Source: Magnetospirillum sp.
GTDB lineage: Bacteria; Pseudomonadota; Alphaproteobacteria; CACIAM-22H2
Reading direction: 5' to 3'
DNA length: 64,000 nucleotides
Assembly: GCA_027532905.1 (NCBI GenBank)
Contig: JAPZUA010000004.1
Location: forward strand, 244,570-308,569
The notes under the pieces are model-generated. The model was not told the origin of the DNA and made no database searches. It worked only from the letters and a program-made list of their open reading frames with translations. Shown here one piece after another: positions 15,093-25,437 of the stretch; position 1 is the stretch's first letter; the number at the start of each line of letters is the position of its first letter. Made by a program: the position numbers and the translations under genes.

Positions 15093-15422
15093 TTGATTTG
15101 GGGCGCTGCCGACTCGGAGTTTTCACAATGGCGCCCTAAGAAAGCCGAAATCGCCCTGCATCGTTACGTCATGGTCGATAGCGGCGAATTCACCTGCGCG
15201 CGTGTCGCGATGCGCAACCAACGTTTGGCATTGTGGGCAGGCCGACAGCTCGGCTACAGCGAACCGTGGCTCGCCGCCTATGTGCAGGAAGTGGTGACAG
15301 CGGATTATGCGCTGCCGGGCAGCGAAGATGTGGTCGCGAAAATCGCCGCTGATTTTGCCGAGCATGGCGTGGCGCTCGACGCAGCCGCGATCCGACTTCA
15401 AATCCGGCGCCTGGGCGGCTGA
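15093..15422 (+). CDS. DUF1476 family protein (homologue of the alphaproteobacterial F1-ATPase inhibitor zeta subunit)
   Basis: RNQRLALWAGRQLG...YVQEVVTADYALPGSEDVVAKIAADF matches the RRNRLLGxWAA...VVxSDFxEPGDEDV pattern of zeta/DUF1476. The start is uncertain: TTG at 15093 gives the family-typical ~109 aa, and ATG at 15171 would give 83 aa. Confidence 0.6.
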   Translation: MIWGAADSEFSQWRPKKAEIALHRYVMVDSGEFTCARVAMRNQRLALWAGRQLGYSEPWLAAYVQEVVTADYALPGSEDVVAKIAADFAEHGVALDAAAIRLQIRRLGG

Positions 15423-15428
15423 ACGCGC

Positions 15429-16928
15429 CTACTCCGCGAACGCTTTTTCGCGCAAACGACGCAGCGAAGGCGCCAGCACCGCGATCAAGAGCACGACCGC
15501 CATTGCAAGCAAAGCCGCACTGATCGGACGCTCGATGAAGATCGCCGGATCGCCGCGCGAAAGGCGCATCGCCCGGCGCAGATTTTCTTCCATCATCGGC
15601 CCCAGAATGAAGCCGAGCAGCAGCGGTGCGGGCTCGCAGCCGAGTTTCACGAACAGATACCCGAGCACGCCGAAACCGAGTGTGAGATACACTTCGAACA
15701 CCGAGTTGTTCAGCGCATAGACGCCGATGCAGCAGAACACGAGGATCGCTGGATAGAGCAGCCGATAGGGGACCCGCAGCAGCCGCACCCAAATGCCGAC
15801 GAGCGGCAGATTGATCACGACCAGCATCAGATTGCCGACCCACATGCTGGCAACAAGGCCCCAGAACAAGCCAGGCTCGCGCGTCATCACTTGCGGGCCC
15901 GGCACAATGCCGTGGATCGCCATCGCCCCGATCATCAGCGCCATCACGGCATTGGGCGGAATGCCGAGGGCCAGCATCGGGATGAACGAGGTCTGCGCAC
16001 CGGCATTGTTGGCGGACTCAGGCGCCGCCACGCCGGCCACGGCTCCTTTGCCGAAACGCGCGGGATCTTTGGCGAGACGCTTTTCGAGCGTGTAGGCGGC
16101 AAAGGCAGCGAGCAAAGCACCCCCGCCCGGCAGCACGCCCAAGACCGAGCCCACGGCCGTGCCGCGCAGCACGGCCGGGAAGGCTTCGCGGGCTTCCTCG
16201 CGCGTCGGCCAAAGGCTGCCCATCTTGGCCATCGCGTCGCGCACAAAATGTTTTTCGAGCTGCACGGCGATTTCCGCGATCGCGAATAGCCCCATCGCCA
16301 ACGGCACAAAACCAATGCCGTCGGACAATTCGGGAATGCCGAAGGTGAAACGCTGGGTACCGGAATTGACGTCCGTGCCGCACAGGCCCAGCAGCAGGCC
16401 CAGCACCGTCATCGCGATCGCTTTGGCGACCGAGCCGTGCGCCAGCACGATCGCAGCCACAAGCCCGAACGCCATCAGCGAGAAATACTCGGCAGCGCCG
16501 AACAGCATCGCGAATTTGACCATCGCCGGGCTTGCGACCGCGACGATCAAGGTTGCGACCGTGCCCGCAAAAAACGATGCCAGGGCTGAAACCGCAAGGG
16601 CAGCGCCCGCGCGCCCGCGCCGCGCCATCGCGAATCCGTCGAGACACGTGACGACCGACGAAGATTCGCCCGGCATGTTGACGAGGATCGCCGTCGTCGA
16701 GCCGCCATACTGCGCACCGTAATAGATGCCGGCGAGCATGATGAGCGCACCAACCGGCTCGAGCTGGAACGTGATCGGTAGCAGCATCGCGATCGTGGCG
16801 ACCGGTCCAATACCGGGCAGCACGCCGATCAATGTGCCCAGCAGCGCGCCGAGCAGACACCAGAAGAGATTGACGGGCGTGAGGGCGACCGAAAAGCCGA
16901 GCAGCAGCGGATCGAACAATTCGCTCAT
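15429..16928 (-). CDS. tctA: Tripartite tricarboxylate transporter, large permease
   Basis: MSELFDPLLLGF..., GVLPGIGPVATIAMLLP, YYGAQYGGSTTAILVNMPGE. The start overlaps the tctB stop (ATGA). Confidence 0.9.
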   Translation of the reverse strand: MSELFDPLLLGFSVALTPVNLFWCLLGALLGTLIGVLPGIGPVATIAMLLPITFQLEPVGALIMLAGIYYGAQYGGSTTAILVNMPGESSSVVTCLDGFAMARRGRAGAALAVSALASFFAGTVATLIVAVASPAMVKFAMLFGAAEYFSLMAFGLVAAIVLAHGSVAKAIAMTVLGLLLGLCGTDVNSGTQRFTFGIPELSDGIGFVPLAMGLFAIAEIAVQLEKHFVRDAMAKMGSLWPTREEAREAFPAVLRGTAVGSVLGVLPGGGALLAAFAAYTLEKRLAKDPARFGKGAVAGVAAPESANNAGAQTSFIPMLALGIPPNAVMALMIGAMAIHGIVPGPQVMTREPGLFWGLVASMWVGNLMLVVINLPLVGIWVRLLRVPYRLLYPAILVFCCIGVYALNNSVFEVYLTLGFGVLGYLFVKLGCEPAPLLLGFILGPMMEENLRRAMRLSRGDPAIFIERPISAALLAMAVVLLIAVLAPSLRRLREKAFAE

Positions 16929-17374
16929 CGCGGAACCAGCGGGATCGGCAAGCCCAAACCGATCACGAATATGAGCGCGCCCGCCGTTGCGAGCCCGCCG
17001 GCAAGCAAGACAACTTCGCGCCAGCGATAGGGCCGCTCGGCGAGCCGTGCGACCGCCACGCATGAAGCGATCGCGACCACGAGCCCACCGCGCTCGAGCA
17101 GCAGCGCAAAAGCAGCGACGCCGAGCAGCAAGAACAGCAGCGGGCGCGCGTCGCTCTGGGGGACGGCATCGGCGTCGCGCGCGAAAAAGCCCGCCAGCGC
17201 GATCGCAGCCCCCAACGCGACGAGCCCCCAGCCCAAACCAGTCGGAACGAAGCCGGCACCCATGCGCGTCGGCGTGCCGTAGGGATAGTCTGCGGCAAGC
17301 CAAATCGCGACGGCACCGAACGCGGCGAACAGCAGGCCCGCCAGCGTTTCGGCGCGGTTCAGGCGTTCAAGCAC
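16925..17374 (-). CDS. tctB: Tripartite tricarboxylate transporter, small permease
   Basis: A 149-aa protein with 4 TM segments between tctC and tctA. GTG start at 17374. Confidence 0.8.
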   Translation of the reverse strand: MLERLNRAETLAGLLFAAFGAVAIWLAADYPYGTPTRMGAGFVPTGLGWGLVALGAAIALAGFFARDADAVPQSDARPLLFLLLGVAAFALLLERGGLVVAIASCVAVARLAERPYRWREVVLLAGGLATAGALIFVIGLGLPIPLVPR

Positions 17375-18349
17375 TCAATCGATCCGCGCACCCGACAAGC
17401 GGACGATCTCGCGATACTTGGCGTTCTCGGCCGCAACGAAGCGCCCGAACTCGGCCGGACTGTTGCCGACCGGTACCACCGCAAGGCGGGCCAAGCGCTC
17501 GACCGTGGCCGGATCCTTGAGGGCGGCGATTGCGGCGTCCGCAAGCCGGGTTACGACATCGCCCGGCACGCCCGCCGGCACAAAGATGCCGAACCAAGTG
17601 CTGATGTCGAAACCCGGAATGCCGGCCTCGGCCATCGTCGGCACGTTGGGCACTTGCGAATTGCGCTGCGGCGTGGTGACGGCGAGTGCACGCACGCGGC
17701 CCGCTTCGATCTGCGGGAAGGCGTTGGCGAGATTGTCGAACGTGAATTGCGTTTCGCCCGACAGCAGCGCGTTCAATTGCGGAGCGCCGCCCTGATACGG
17801 GATGTGTTCGATCGGCACGCCGATGCGATCGGCGAACAAGGCGCCCGCAAGATGCCCGCCGCTGCCGTTGCCGCCCGAGCCGTAATTGAAGGCTTTGGGG
17901 TTGGCGCGAATGTCGCGCGCGAGCTCCTGTACGTTTGCGGCTTTGACCGACGGACCGACGATCAGAATGTTCGGCACGTCGCCGATCTGCGTAATCGGTG
18001 CGAGGTCTTTCAGCGGATCGAACGGCATGCGCGCATAAAGATGCGGATTGACCGCATGCGTCGACAGCGCACCCATCACCATCGTGTAGCCGTCCGGTGC
18101 GGACTTCGCCACGAGATCGGCGCCGACATTGCCGCCGGCACCGGGCCGGTTCTCGACCACGACCGGCTGGCCCAGCAGAACGGTCATGCGATCGGCAACC
18201 GCACGCGCCGACACGTCGAGCGAGCCGCCCGGCGGGAAAGGCACAACGAACCGGATCGGCCGGTTCGGGAAGCTTTGCGCAAAAGCGGCGGCAGGCAACA
18301 AAGCGGCGACCGCAGCGACGGCCAACGCATGACGACGCGACATTTCCAT
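17375..18349 (-). CDS. tctC: Tripartite tricarboxylate transporter substrate-binding protein (Bug family)
   Basis: Signal peptide MEMSRRHALAVAAVAALLPAAAFAQ. Motifs: FPNRPIRFVVPFPPGG, YGSGGNGSGGHL. Confidence 0.9.
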   Translation of the reverse strand: MEMSRRHALAVAAVAALLPAAAFAQSFPNRPIRFVVPFPPGGSLDVSARAVADRMTVLLGQPVVVENRPGAGGNVGADLVAKSAPDGYTMVMGALSTHAVNPHLYARMPFDPLKDLAPITQIGDVPNILIVGPSVKAANVQELARDIRANPKAFNYGSGGNGSGGHLAGALFADRIGVPIEHIPYQGGAPQLNALLSGETQFTFDNLANAFPQIEAGRVRALAVTTPQRNSQVPNVPTMAEAGIPGFDISTWFGIFVPAGVPGDVVTRLADAAIAALKDPATVERLARLAVVPVGNSPAEFGRFVAAENAKYREIVRLSGARID

Positions 18350-18448
18350 AGGGGGCGTTCTCCTCGAAAAGACTGACAGGTCCGCAAAGGCGTTGATTCG
18401 CCTGCTGGGCCTTTATGCAGCTAGTTTAGGCGAAAGGTCGCGCAGCCG

Positions 18449-20875
18449 TCACCCGGCATATTCGCCCTTGGGGGCGAGAACTTCGCGCTTGCCGACATGG
18501 TTGGCGGCACTGACCACGCCGTCCGCCTCCATGCGCTCGACGATGCGAGCCGCCCGGTTGTAGCCGATCTGCAGATGGCGCTGGATAAAGCTCGTCGAGC
18601 ATTTGCGCTCGCGCGCCACAAGGGCGATCGCTTGGTCGTAGAGCGCGTCGCCGCTGCCCTCCCCGCCTTCGCCCCCGCCGGCCCCGCCTTCGCCCAAGGC
18701 CGCCGCCATGTCGCCCTCGGCGTCTTCGGTCACTTCTTCGATATAGGCAGGCTCGCCCTGCGCCTTCAGATGCTGCACCACGTGTTCAACCTCGCGGTCG
18801 GACACGAACGGCCCGTGCACACGCGTGATGCGACCGCCGCCGGCCATGTAGAGCATGTCGCCTTGGCCCAGGAGCTGCTCGGCCCCCTGCTCGCCCAGGA
18901 TCGTGCGGCTGTCGATCTTGCTGGTGACCTGGAACGAGATGCGCGTCGGGAAGTTTGCTTTGATGGTGCCGGTGATGACGTCGACCGACGGGCGCTGGGT
19001 CGCCATCAGAATATGGATGCCGGCCGCGCGCGCCATCTGTGCCAAACGCTGCACGGCCCATTCGACCTCTTTGCCCGCGACCAGCATGAGATCGGCCATT
19101 TCGTCGACGACCACAACGATGAAGGGCAAGGGCGTGGTGTCGAGCGGCTGGTCTTCGAACACGGGCTTGCCCGCCTCGTCGAAGCCTGTCTGCACTTTGC
19201 GCGTGAGCGATTCGCCGTTTTTCTTGGCGTCGGCCAAGCGCTGATTGTAGCCCGCAATGTTGCGCACGCCGAGCTTCGACATGGCACGGTAGCGCGTTTC
19301 CATCTCGCGCACGGTCCATTTGAGGGCGACGACCGCCTTCTTGGGATCGGTCACGACCGGCGACAGCAGATGCGGAATGCCGTCATAGACCGAGAGTTCG
19401 ATCATCTTGGGATCGATCATGATGAAGCGGCATTCGGCCGGCGACATTTTGTAGAGCAGCGACAGGATCATCGTGTTGATCGCGACCGACTTGCCCGAGC
19501 CCGTGGTGCCCGCAATCAGCAAATGCGGCATGCGCGCGAGATCGACGATGATCGGCCCGCCGCCGATGTCGCGGCCAAGCACGAGGCTCAAGCCCGGCTG
19601 CTTGTCTTCGAAGGTCTGCTCGAGCAGATCGCGCAAGAACACGGTCTGGCGCTCGGCATTCGGCAGTTCGATGCCGATCACGTTGCGCCCCGGCACGACC
19701 GCCACGCGCACGGCAAGGGCCGACATCGAGCGCGCAATGTCGTCGGCAAGGCCCACAACGCGCGCAGCCTTCGTACCGGGAGCGGGCTCGAGTTCGTAGA
19801 GTGTCACGACCGGACCCGGCCGCACTTTTACAATTTGGCCTTTGACGCCGTAGTCGTCGAGGACGCCTTCGAGCAAGCGCGCATTCTGCGCCAAAGCGCT
19901 TTCGTCGATCGCGATCAGCTTGACCGCTTTGGGCTTGGCCAAAAGATCGATCGACGGCGCTTGGTATTCGCCCTGCACGGCGAGATCGAGATTGGCTTGT
20001 TTGGGCTTTTTCTTGGTCTCGGGCTTTGCCTTCTCAAGAACCACCGCGCGCTCGACGAGTTCGGCCGGCGTGGGGCGCGGCTTTTCAGGAGCAACCGGCG
20101 CCAGTTCCGGTTCCGGATCCGGGCTGCCGTCGAGCGAGGGCTCGAAACGGTCGCGTTTGAGCTCTTCTTTTTCGCGCGCGCGCGCTTTGGCGGGATCGCC
20201 ACGGCGCAACTTGGCCACCAGGGCCGTCGTCGCAATGTAGAATGCAGCCGTTGTTTTCGCGGCCATGCGCGCGACCCACGCACTGGCGATCGCGGCCGTG
20301 CGATATTCGCCCCACGTGATGGCGAGCACGAACACGAAGGCCAGCATCGCAACGCCGGCGGCCATCACGGCCAGCATGTCCGCACCGCGGCCGAAATCGG
20401 CCCCGAGATCGAGCATCGCCGCCAGGAACAGGCGCCCGACGACACCGCCCAATCCCAGATCGAGCGGATGCTGCCAGCCCGCCGGCGCACCCCACGTGGA
20501 CAGCGCCATCGCGGCCAGCAGCACGCAGGCCGGTAGCAACGCAATGCGCAGCCACCAGAGCGGCAGATTGCGCGCGCGCATCAAGCGCCACCCCCACGCG
20601 GCCAGCGACACCGGCAGCAAAGCCGCCGCAATGCCCAAAGTCTGCAGCATCAGGTCGGCGGCGATCGCGCCTGGGAGCCCGAGCAGATTGGCGGGCCGCA
20701 GATCGTTGGCGTTGCTCAAGCTCGGATCGCCGGGCGTATAGGTCGCCATTGCGGCCGCGAGCAAAGCGCCGGCGACGAGCAAGGCAAAGCCTGCGATTTC
20801 GGCGAGGCGCTTGCGCACGAATGCGCCCGCACCTTCGGGGAAGAGGCCTGTGGAAATGCGCGACGCGATCGCCAT
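18449..20875 (-). CDS. ftsK: DNA translocase FtsK
   Basis: N-terminal TM segments and a Pro/Lys-rich linker. Motor domain with [14 protein letters not shown] and [11 protein letters not shown]-terminal gamma winged helix: [24 protein letters not shown]. Confidence 0.95.
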   Translation of the reverse strand: MAIASRISTGLFPEGAGAFVRKRLAEIAGFALLVAGALLAAAMATYTPGDPSLSNANDLRPANLLGLPGAIAADLMLQTLGIAAALLPVSLAAWGWRLMRARNLPLWWLRIALLPACVLLAAMALSTWGAPAGWQHPLDLGLGGVVGRLFLAAMLDLGADFGRGADMLAVMAAGVAMLAFVFVLAITWGEYRTAAIASAWVARMAAKTTAAFYIATTALVAKLRRGDPAKARAREKEELKRDRFEPSLDGSPDPEPELAPVAPEKPRPTPAELVERAVVLEKAKPETKKKPKQANLDLAVQGEYQAPSIDLLAKPKAVKLIAIDESALAQNARLLEGVLDDYGVKGQIVKVRPGPVVTLYELEPAPGTKAARVVGLADDIARSMSALAVRVAVVPGRNVIGIELPNAERQTVFLRDLLEQTFEDKQPGLSLVLGRDIGGGPIIVDLARMPHLLIAGTTGSGKSVAINTMILSLLYKMSPAECRFIMIDPKMIELSVYDGIPHLLSPVVTDPKKAVVALKWTVREMETRYRAMSKLGVRNIAGYNQRLADAKKNGESLTRKVQTGFDEAGKPVFEDQPLDTTPLPFIVVVVDEMADLMLVAGKEVEWAVQRLAQMARAAGIHILMATQRPSVDVITGTIKANFPTRISFQVTSKIDSRTILGEQGAEQLLGQGDMLYMAGGGRITRVHGPFVSDREVEHVVQHLKAQGEPAYIEEVTEDAEGDMAAALGEGGAGGGEGGEGSGDALYDQAIALVARERKCSTSFIQRHLQIGYNRAARIVERMEADGVVSAANHVGKREVLAPKGEYAG

Positions 20876-20887
20876 GGCTGGGTTCCT

Positions 20888-22096
20888 CTAGAGCAAAGTC
20901 GCAATGCGGCTCAAGGCACGCTCGACCGTGTCGAGATCGTGCACGAGGGCAATGCGAATGAAGGGGGCGCCGATATTGCGCCCGTCGGGTTCGTTTTTGG
21001 CGATGTAGCGGCCGGGCAGCACTTTGATCGCCGCCTCGCTCCACAAACGGCGCGTCGTGGCCTCGCCATCGCCGACTTCGATCCACAAGAACATGCCGGC
21101 TTGCGGTGCCGTGAAGCCTTTGTGGCCGCCGAGCAGGCGGGCGGCCGCATCGAATTTGGCTTTGTAGCGCGCGCGGTTTTCGACCACGTGCGCTTCATCG
21201 CGCCACAAGGCGGCCGACGCAAGCTGCATGGGTACGGGCGTTGCGGCGCACGAATAGCTGCGCACGCGATTGAGCGTGGCAATGTCGGAAGGCGTGCCCA
21301 CGGCAAAGCCCGAGCGCATGCCGGCTGCCGAGCTGCGCTTCGAGAGCGTGTGGAAGCACATTACATTGTCGAGCGCGTGGCCCTTGGGCCCGCGGCCCAG
21401 CGCGTAGGCCGCTTCCACGCCGCCCACAGGGGCCGAGTCGCCGTAATAGAGCTCGCTGTAGCACTCGTCCATGACGAGCAGAAAATCGTATTGGCGTGCG
21501 AGGCCGATGGCCTTTTCGATATAGGCCTTGGAAGCAACCGCGCCTTCGGGATTGCTTGGCGAGCACAGATAGAAGATTGCCGTGCGTGCGAGCGTGTCGC
21601 CCGGGATCGCGTCGAGATCGGGCAGGAAGCCCGTTTCGCGCGTGGCCGGCAGATAGACGGGCTCGGCCCCCGCCATCACGGCAGCGCCGTAATAGACTTG
21701 ATAAAGCGGATTGGGCATCAAGGCGGCAGGCGTTTTGCCGCTTTTGTGGCGGCCCACGGCCATGAGTGCGACAACGAATAAACCCTCGCGCGCACCGGCG
21801 ATCGAGGTCACCTGTGCCGCCCGGTCGATCGTCTGGGAGGCAAGCTTGTAGCGCCGCTCGAGCCAGGACCCGATCGCCTCGCGCAGCTCCGGGATGCCGG
21901 GTTGCGAAGGATAGGTATTCCACCTGTCGGCATGCTGGGCGACGATTTCGGCGGCAAAGGCCGGCGGCTGGTGCTGCGGGTCGCCGATCGACATCGCCAG
22001 CGGTGCTTCGTTGGCACGCGGGTTCACATCGGCAATCAGGCCCGCCAGGCGCGTAAAGGGGTAGTCGTTGAGTTGATCCAGCCGTTCGTTCAGCAT
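20888..22096 (-). CDS. PLP-dependent class I/II aminotransferase (DapC-like succinyldiaminopimelate transaminase family)
   Basis: The N-terminus LDQLNDYPFTRLAGLI...SIGDPQHQPP is like DapC-type enzymes. The PLP-lysine region is FHTLSKRSSAAG. Confidence 0.8.
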   Translation of the reverse strand: MLNERLDQLNDYPFTRLAGLIADVNPRANEAPLAMSIGDPQHQPPAFAAEIVAQHADRWNTYPSQPGIPELREAIGSWLERRYKLASQTIDRAAQVTSIAGAREGLFVVALMAVGRHKSGKTPAALMPNPLYQVYYGAAVMAGAEPVYLPATRETGFLPDLDAIPGDTLARTAIFYLCSPSNPEGAVASKAYIEKAIGLARQYDFLLVMDECYSELYYGDSAPVGGVEAAYALGRGPKGHALDNVMCFHTLSKRSSAAGMRSGFAVGTPSDIATLNRVRSYSCAATPVPMQLASAALWRDEAHVVENRARYKAKFDAAARLLGGHKGFTAPQAGMFLWIEVGDGEATTRRLWSEAAIKVLPGRYIAKNEPDGRNIGAPFIRIALVHDLDTVERALSRIATLL

Positions 22097-22444
22097 TGCT
22101 AACCAGTGATTCGAGGGAACCTACAAGATTTTGCGCAAAAAGCCGGATACCCGCGCCCGCAAATGCGCAGGTACAAAGATGAAACAACAATAACCCGACC
22201 ACTCTTAAAGTACAAGATTAAGAGACCGCGACCTACTCCGCCTAGCGGCTCAATTCGATGTTCCCCACGAAATACCCGAGTCGCCCCGATTCGCATGGGT
22301 AGTCCGAAACATAAATAGAACAAATCGTGGCAACGGCTTGAAATCGGACGGTTTTGCCGATTATTTGTGCAACGTCGCAAGGCACTAATTCTAGGGGGTC
22401 AGGATTGTCGGGAAATCGGCGACAATTTGTGGGAAAAGACCGGC

Positions 22445-23587
22445 ATGAAAATTCTGTTCATCGTGCATGACGGCGATACGGGCGGGGCCACGACCCCTAT
22501 CCTCGAAACGATCGATGCGCTGGCCGGAAAGGATTTTTCGTTCGCCGCTCTAGTCCCGCAGCCGGGCAGCCTGTCGGCAGCCCTCACCCAGCGCGGCGTG
22601 CCGTGGAAGGCGCTGCCCTTGCCGCTTTGGACCTCGACCAAGGGACGGCGGCGTTTTCGCAATATGTGGGACAATTGGCAGGCGGTGCCGGCGGTCGTCA
22701 ATGCCGTGCGCGCGATCGCCCCCGATCTCGTGCTGTCCAATTCCGCGACGATCGGGCTGGGCAGCATGGCCGCCGCCCATCTCGGCATCCGGCATGTGTG
22801 GTGGCTGCAGGAATTCGTTTGGGAAGACCATCAGCTCGCTTTCGATTTCGGCTGGAAGCTGACGGGCTGGCTCATGGACCAGCGCAGCGTGCTGGCCCTT
22901 GTTCCTTCCAAGGCGATCGGCGCCAAATGGGCGCCCTATATCGGGCCGCACAAACAAGTGCTGATCGACTACCACATCAAAGACCTGCCCTCGGCCGCCG
23001 ATGCGCCGGCCTTCAAGCCGGCAGGCGCGTTCCATCTCGTGCTGGCGGGCTCGCTCAATCCGCAGAAAGGCCAGATGGACGCGATCGACGCAATGGGGCG
23101 GCTGCATACGCGCAATGTGCATCTGCATCTGTTCGGCACCGGCGGGCGCGGCTATTCGGCACGGCTGCGCGCGCGCGCCGATACGTTGGGCCTCAATGAG
23201 CAGGTGCATTTCCACGGCCATGTCGACGGCGTGGGGGCGCGCTTGCAAAAGGCCAATGCAATCCTGATCACCTCGCGCTGCGAGGGGCTGGGCCGCATCA
23301 CGATCGAGGCGATGCGCTCGGGCGTGCCAATCGTGGCGACCAACGCCGGCGGCATTCCCGAACTTATCGAAAGCGGCCGCACTGGCATTCTCTATCCGCC
23401 GGGCGACGCTGCCGCGCTCGCCGAAGCGATCGAACATCTGATCGCAAGCCCGCAATATGCGGCAGGCCTGGGTGCAGCGGCCAAACAATGGGCAAGCCAG
23501 CGCTACGGTGCCGCCCAATTCGCCGAGGCGATCGAAGCCGCACTCCGACGCGCCGACGCCACCCAAACAGCACCCCGTACGAGGTAA
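22445..23587 (+). CDS. Glycosyltransferase family 4
   Basis: ATG at 22445. N-terminus MKILFIVHDGDTGGATTP. C-terminal motif CEGLGRITIEAMRSGVPIVATNAGGIPELI (EX7E). Confidence 0.8.
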   Translation: MKILFIVHDGDTGGATTPILETIDALAGKDFSFAALVPQPGSLSAALTQRGVPWKALPLPLWTSTKGRRRFRNMWDNWQAVPAVVNAVRAIAPDLVLSNSATIGLGSMAAAHLGIRHVWWLQEFVWEDHQLAFDFGWKLTGWLMDQRSVLALVPSKAIGAKWAPYIGPHKQVLIDYHIKDLPSAADAPAFKPAGAFHLVLAGSLNPQKGQMDAIDAMGRLHTRNVHLHLFGTGGRGYSARLRARADTLGLNEQVHFHGHVDGVGARLQKANAILITSRCEGLGRITIEAMRSGVPIVATNAGGIPELIESGRTGILYPPGDAAALAEAIEHLIASPQYAAGLGAAAKQWASQRYGAAQFAEAIEAALRRADATQTAPRTR

Positions 23588-23588
23588 C

Positions 23589-25370
23589 ATGGCCTTTCCG
23601 CTACTCGCCGACCAATCGACCAAAGCGCTTGTCGGGCGTCTGCTGGATCGCCATGTGCGCAAGCATTGGCGGCGCCTCGCCTTGGCCGCGATCTGCATGG
23701 CGCTGACGGCGGCGGCCACCGCCTTCAATGCCTGGATGATGGAGCCCGTACTCGACAAGGTGTTCGTCGAGCGCAATACGGCGATGCTCTATCTCATTCC
23801 AGCCGCCGTGGTACTGGCGGCCTTGGTCAAGGGCCTGTCGAGCTACGGGCAAGGCGTGCTGCTCAACCATGTCGGGCAGCGCATCATCGCCGATCTGCAG
23901 CTCAAGCTGTTTGCCCAGACCGTGCGCGCCGATCTTGCCTTCTTCAACGACAACTCGGCCTCGAAGCTCACCATGCGCCTGTCGCACGATGTGGGCCTCA
24001 TGCGCCAAGCGATCACCCAGGCGATCACCGGCATCACCAAGGACACGCTCACCGTCGTGTTTCTGGTGGCGCTGATGTTCTACCAAGATTGGCAGATGGC
24101 GCTCGTCGCGTTCGTCGTTTTCCCGATCGCGATCCTGCCGATCGTGCGCCTTGGCAAGCGCATGCGCAAAGTCTCGACATCGATGCAGGGCGAACTCGGC
24201 GGATTCGTGTCGCTGATCGACGAAGCCATCCAGGGCATTCGCCACGTCAAAGCCTATGGCATGGAAGGTGCCGAAACCGCCAAAGCGAAGCTTGCGACCG
24301 ATCGCATTTTCGAGCTCACGCACAAGGGTGCACGCACGCGCTCGGCCGCTTCGCCGATCATGGAAACGCTGGGCTCGGTTGCGATCGCCCTCGTGATTTT
24401 CTACGGCGGCTTTCGCGTGATCGAGGGGGCGACCACGCCTGGAACGTTCTTTTCGTTCATCACCGCGCTGCTTTTGGCCTACCAGCCGGTCAAGAGCCTC
24501 GCCAATCTCAACACGGCCCTGCAGGAAGGGCTCGCGGCGGCCGCGCGCGTCTTCGCGCTCGAAGACATGCAGCCGCAGATCGTCGACCGGCCGGGGGCGG
24601 TTGCGCTCCCGAGCGTGCGCGGCGAACTGCGCTTCCAGAATGTCAGCTTCGGCTATGGCCCTCAGCGGCGCACGCTCGACGGCATCGATCTGTTCGTGCC
24701 CGCCGGCAAGACCGTGGCGCTCGTCGGCCCCTCGGGCGGGGGCAAAACGACGATCCTCAATCTACTGCCGCGCTTCTACGACATCGACAGCGGCAGCATC
24801 CGCATCGACGGATACGACATACGCGACATTCGCATCGAATCGCTGCGCAGCCACATTGCGCTGGTCACGCAAGAGACCAACCTGTTCCACGACACGATCC
24901 GCGCCAACATCGCCTACGGCAAACGAGACGCCGACGACGCCCAGCTGCGCAATGCGGCACGTGCGGCGGGTGCCCTCGAATTCATCGAAGCGCTGCCCGA
25001 AGGTTTCGATACGGTCGTCGGCGACCGCGGCGTCAAGCTTTCGGGCGGCCAGCGCCAGCGCATCGCGATCGCGCGCGCCTTTCTCAAAGATGCGCCCATT
25101 CTGCTGCTCGACGAAGCCACGAGTGCGCTCGACAACGAATCCGAGCGCGTGGTGCAGGCATCGCTTGCCATATTGATGCGCGGACGCACGACCGTGGTCG
25201 TCGCCCATCGCCTGTCGACGATCGTGGATGCCGACATCATCTACGTGATCGAAGGCGGGCGGGTGGTGGAAAGCGGTTCGCATGCCGAGCTTTCCGTCGC
25301 GGGCGGCGTCTATGCGCGTCTGCATGCGCTGCAAAAAGAGGCCCCGGAAAGCGGCGCTTCGGAAGCCTGA
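23589..25370 (+). CDS. msbA: ABC exporter, MsbA-like lipid/LPS flippase (TMD-NBD)
   Basis: ATG at 23589 lies 1 nt after the GT4 stop. The NBD is canonical: GPSGGGKTT, LSGGQRQRIAIARA, LLLDEATSALD, VVAHRLSTI. Confidence 0.85.
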   Translation: MAFPLLADQSTKALVGRLLDRHVRKHWRRLALAAICMALTAAATAFNAWMMEPVLDKVFVERNTAMLYLIPAAVVLAALVKGLSSYGQGVLLNHVGQRIIADLQLKLFAQTVRADLAFFNDNSASKLTMRLSHDVGLMRQAITQAITGITKDTLTVVFLVALMFYQDWQMALVAFVVFPIAILPIVRLGKRMRKVSTSMQGELGGFVSLIDEAIQGIRHVKAYGMEGAETAKAKLATDRIFELTHKGARTRSAASPIMETLGSVAIALVIFYGGFRVIEGATTPGTFFSFITALLLAYQPVKSLANLNTALQEGLAAAARVFALEDMQPQIVDRPGAVALPSVRGELRFQNVSFGYGPQRRTLDGIDLFVPAGKTVALVGPSGGGKTTILNLLPRFYDIDSGSIRIDGYDIRDIRIESLRSHIALVTQETNLFHDTIRANIAYGKRDADDAQLRNAARAAGALEFIEALPEGFDTVVGDRGVKLSGGQRQRIAIARAFLKDAPILLLDEATSALDNESERVVQASLAILMRGRTTVVVAHRLSTIVDADIIYVIEGGRVVESGSHAELSVAGGVYARLHALQKEAPESGASEA

Positions 25371-25412
25371 AAACAAAACGGGCCGGGTTCGAAAACCCGG
25401 CCCGCGCGTTTG
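25371..25412. terminator. Bidirectional intrinsic terminator between convergent msbA-like gene and amtB
   Basis: GGGCCGGGTT-cgaa-AACCCGGCCC forms a 10-bp stem at 25380-25403. The minus-strand version is followed by GUUUUGUUUU. Confidence 0.75.
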
Positions 25413-25437
25413 CCGTCCCCTTGAAGGGCGACAGGCG

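Noticed and set aside
22270-22312. A dif-like XerCD site, considered because ftsK and xerC are in the window (GATTCGCATGG...ACATAAAT).
   Set aside because: Only the XerC-arm-like half resembles dif. The spacing and the second arm do not fit an 11-6-11 dif architecture.
22099-22380. A 93-aa (-) and a 70-aa (+) ORF inside the lower-GC intergenic region.
   Set aside because: Neither has an RBS or a recognisable family. The composition is either highly basic or Cys/Arg/Phe-odd, and the two ORFs overlap each other on opposite strands. I treat them as non-coding unless expression data say otherwise.
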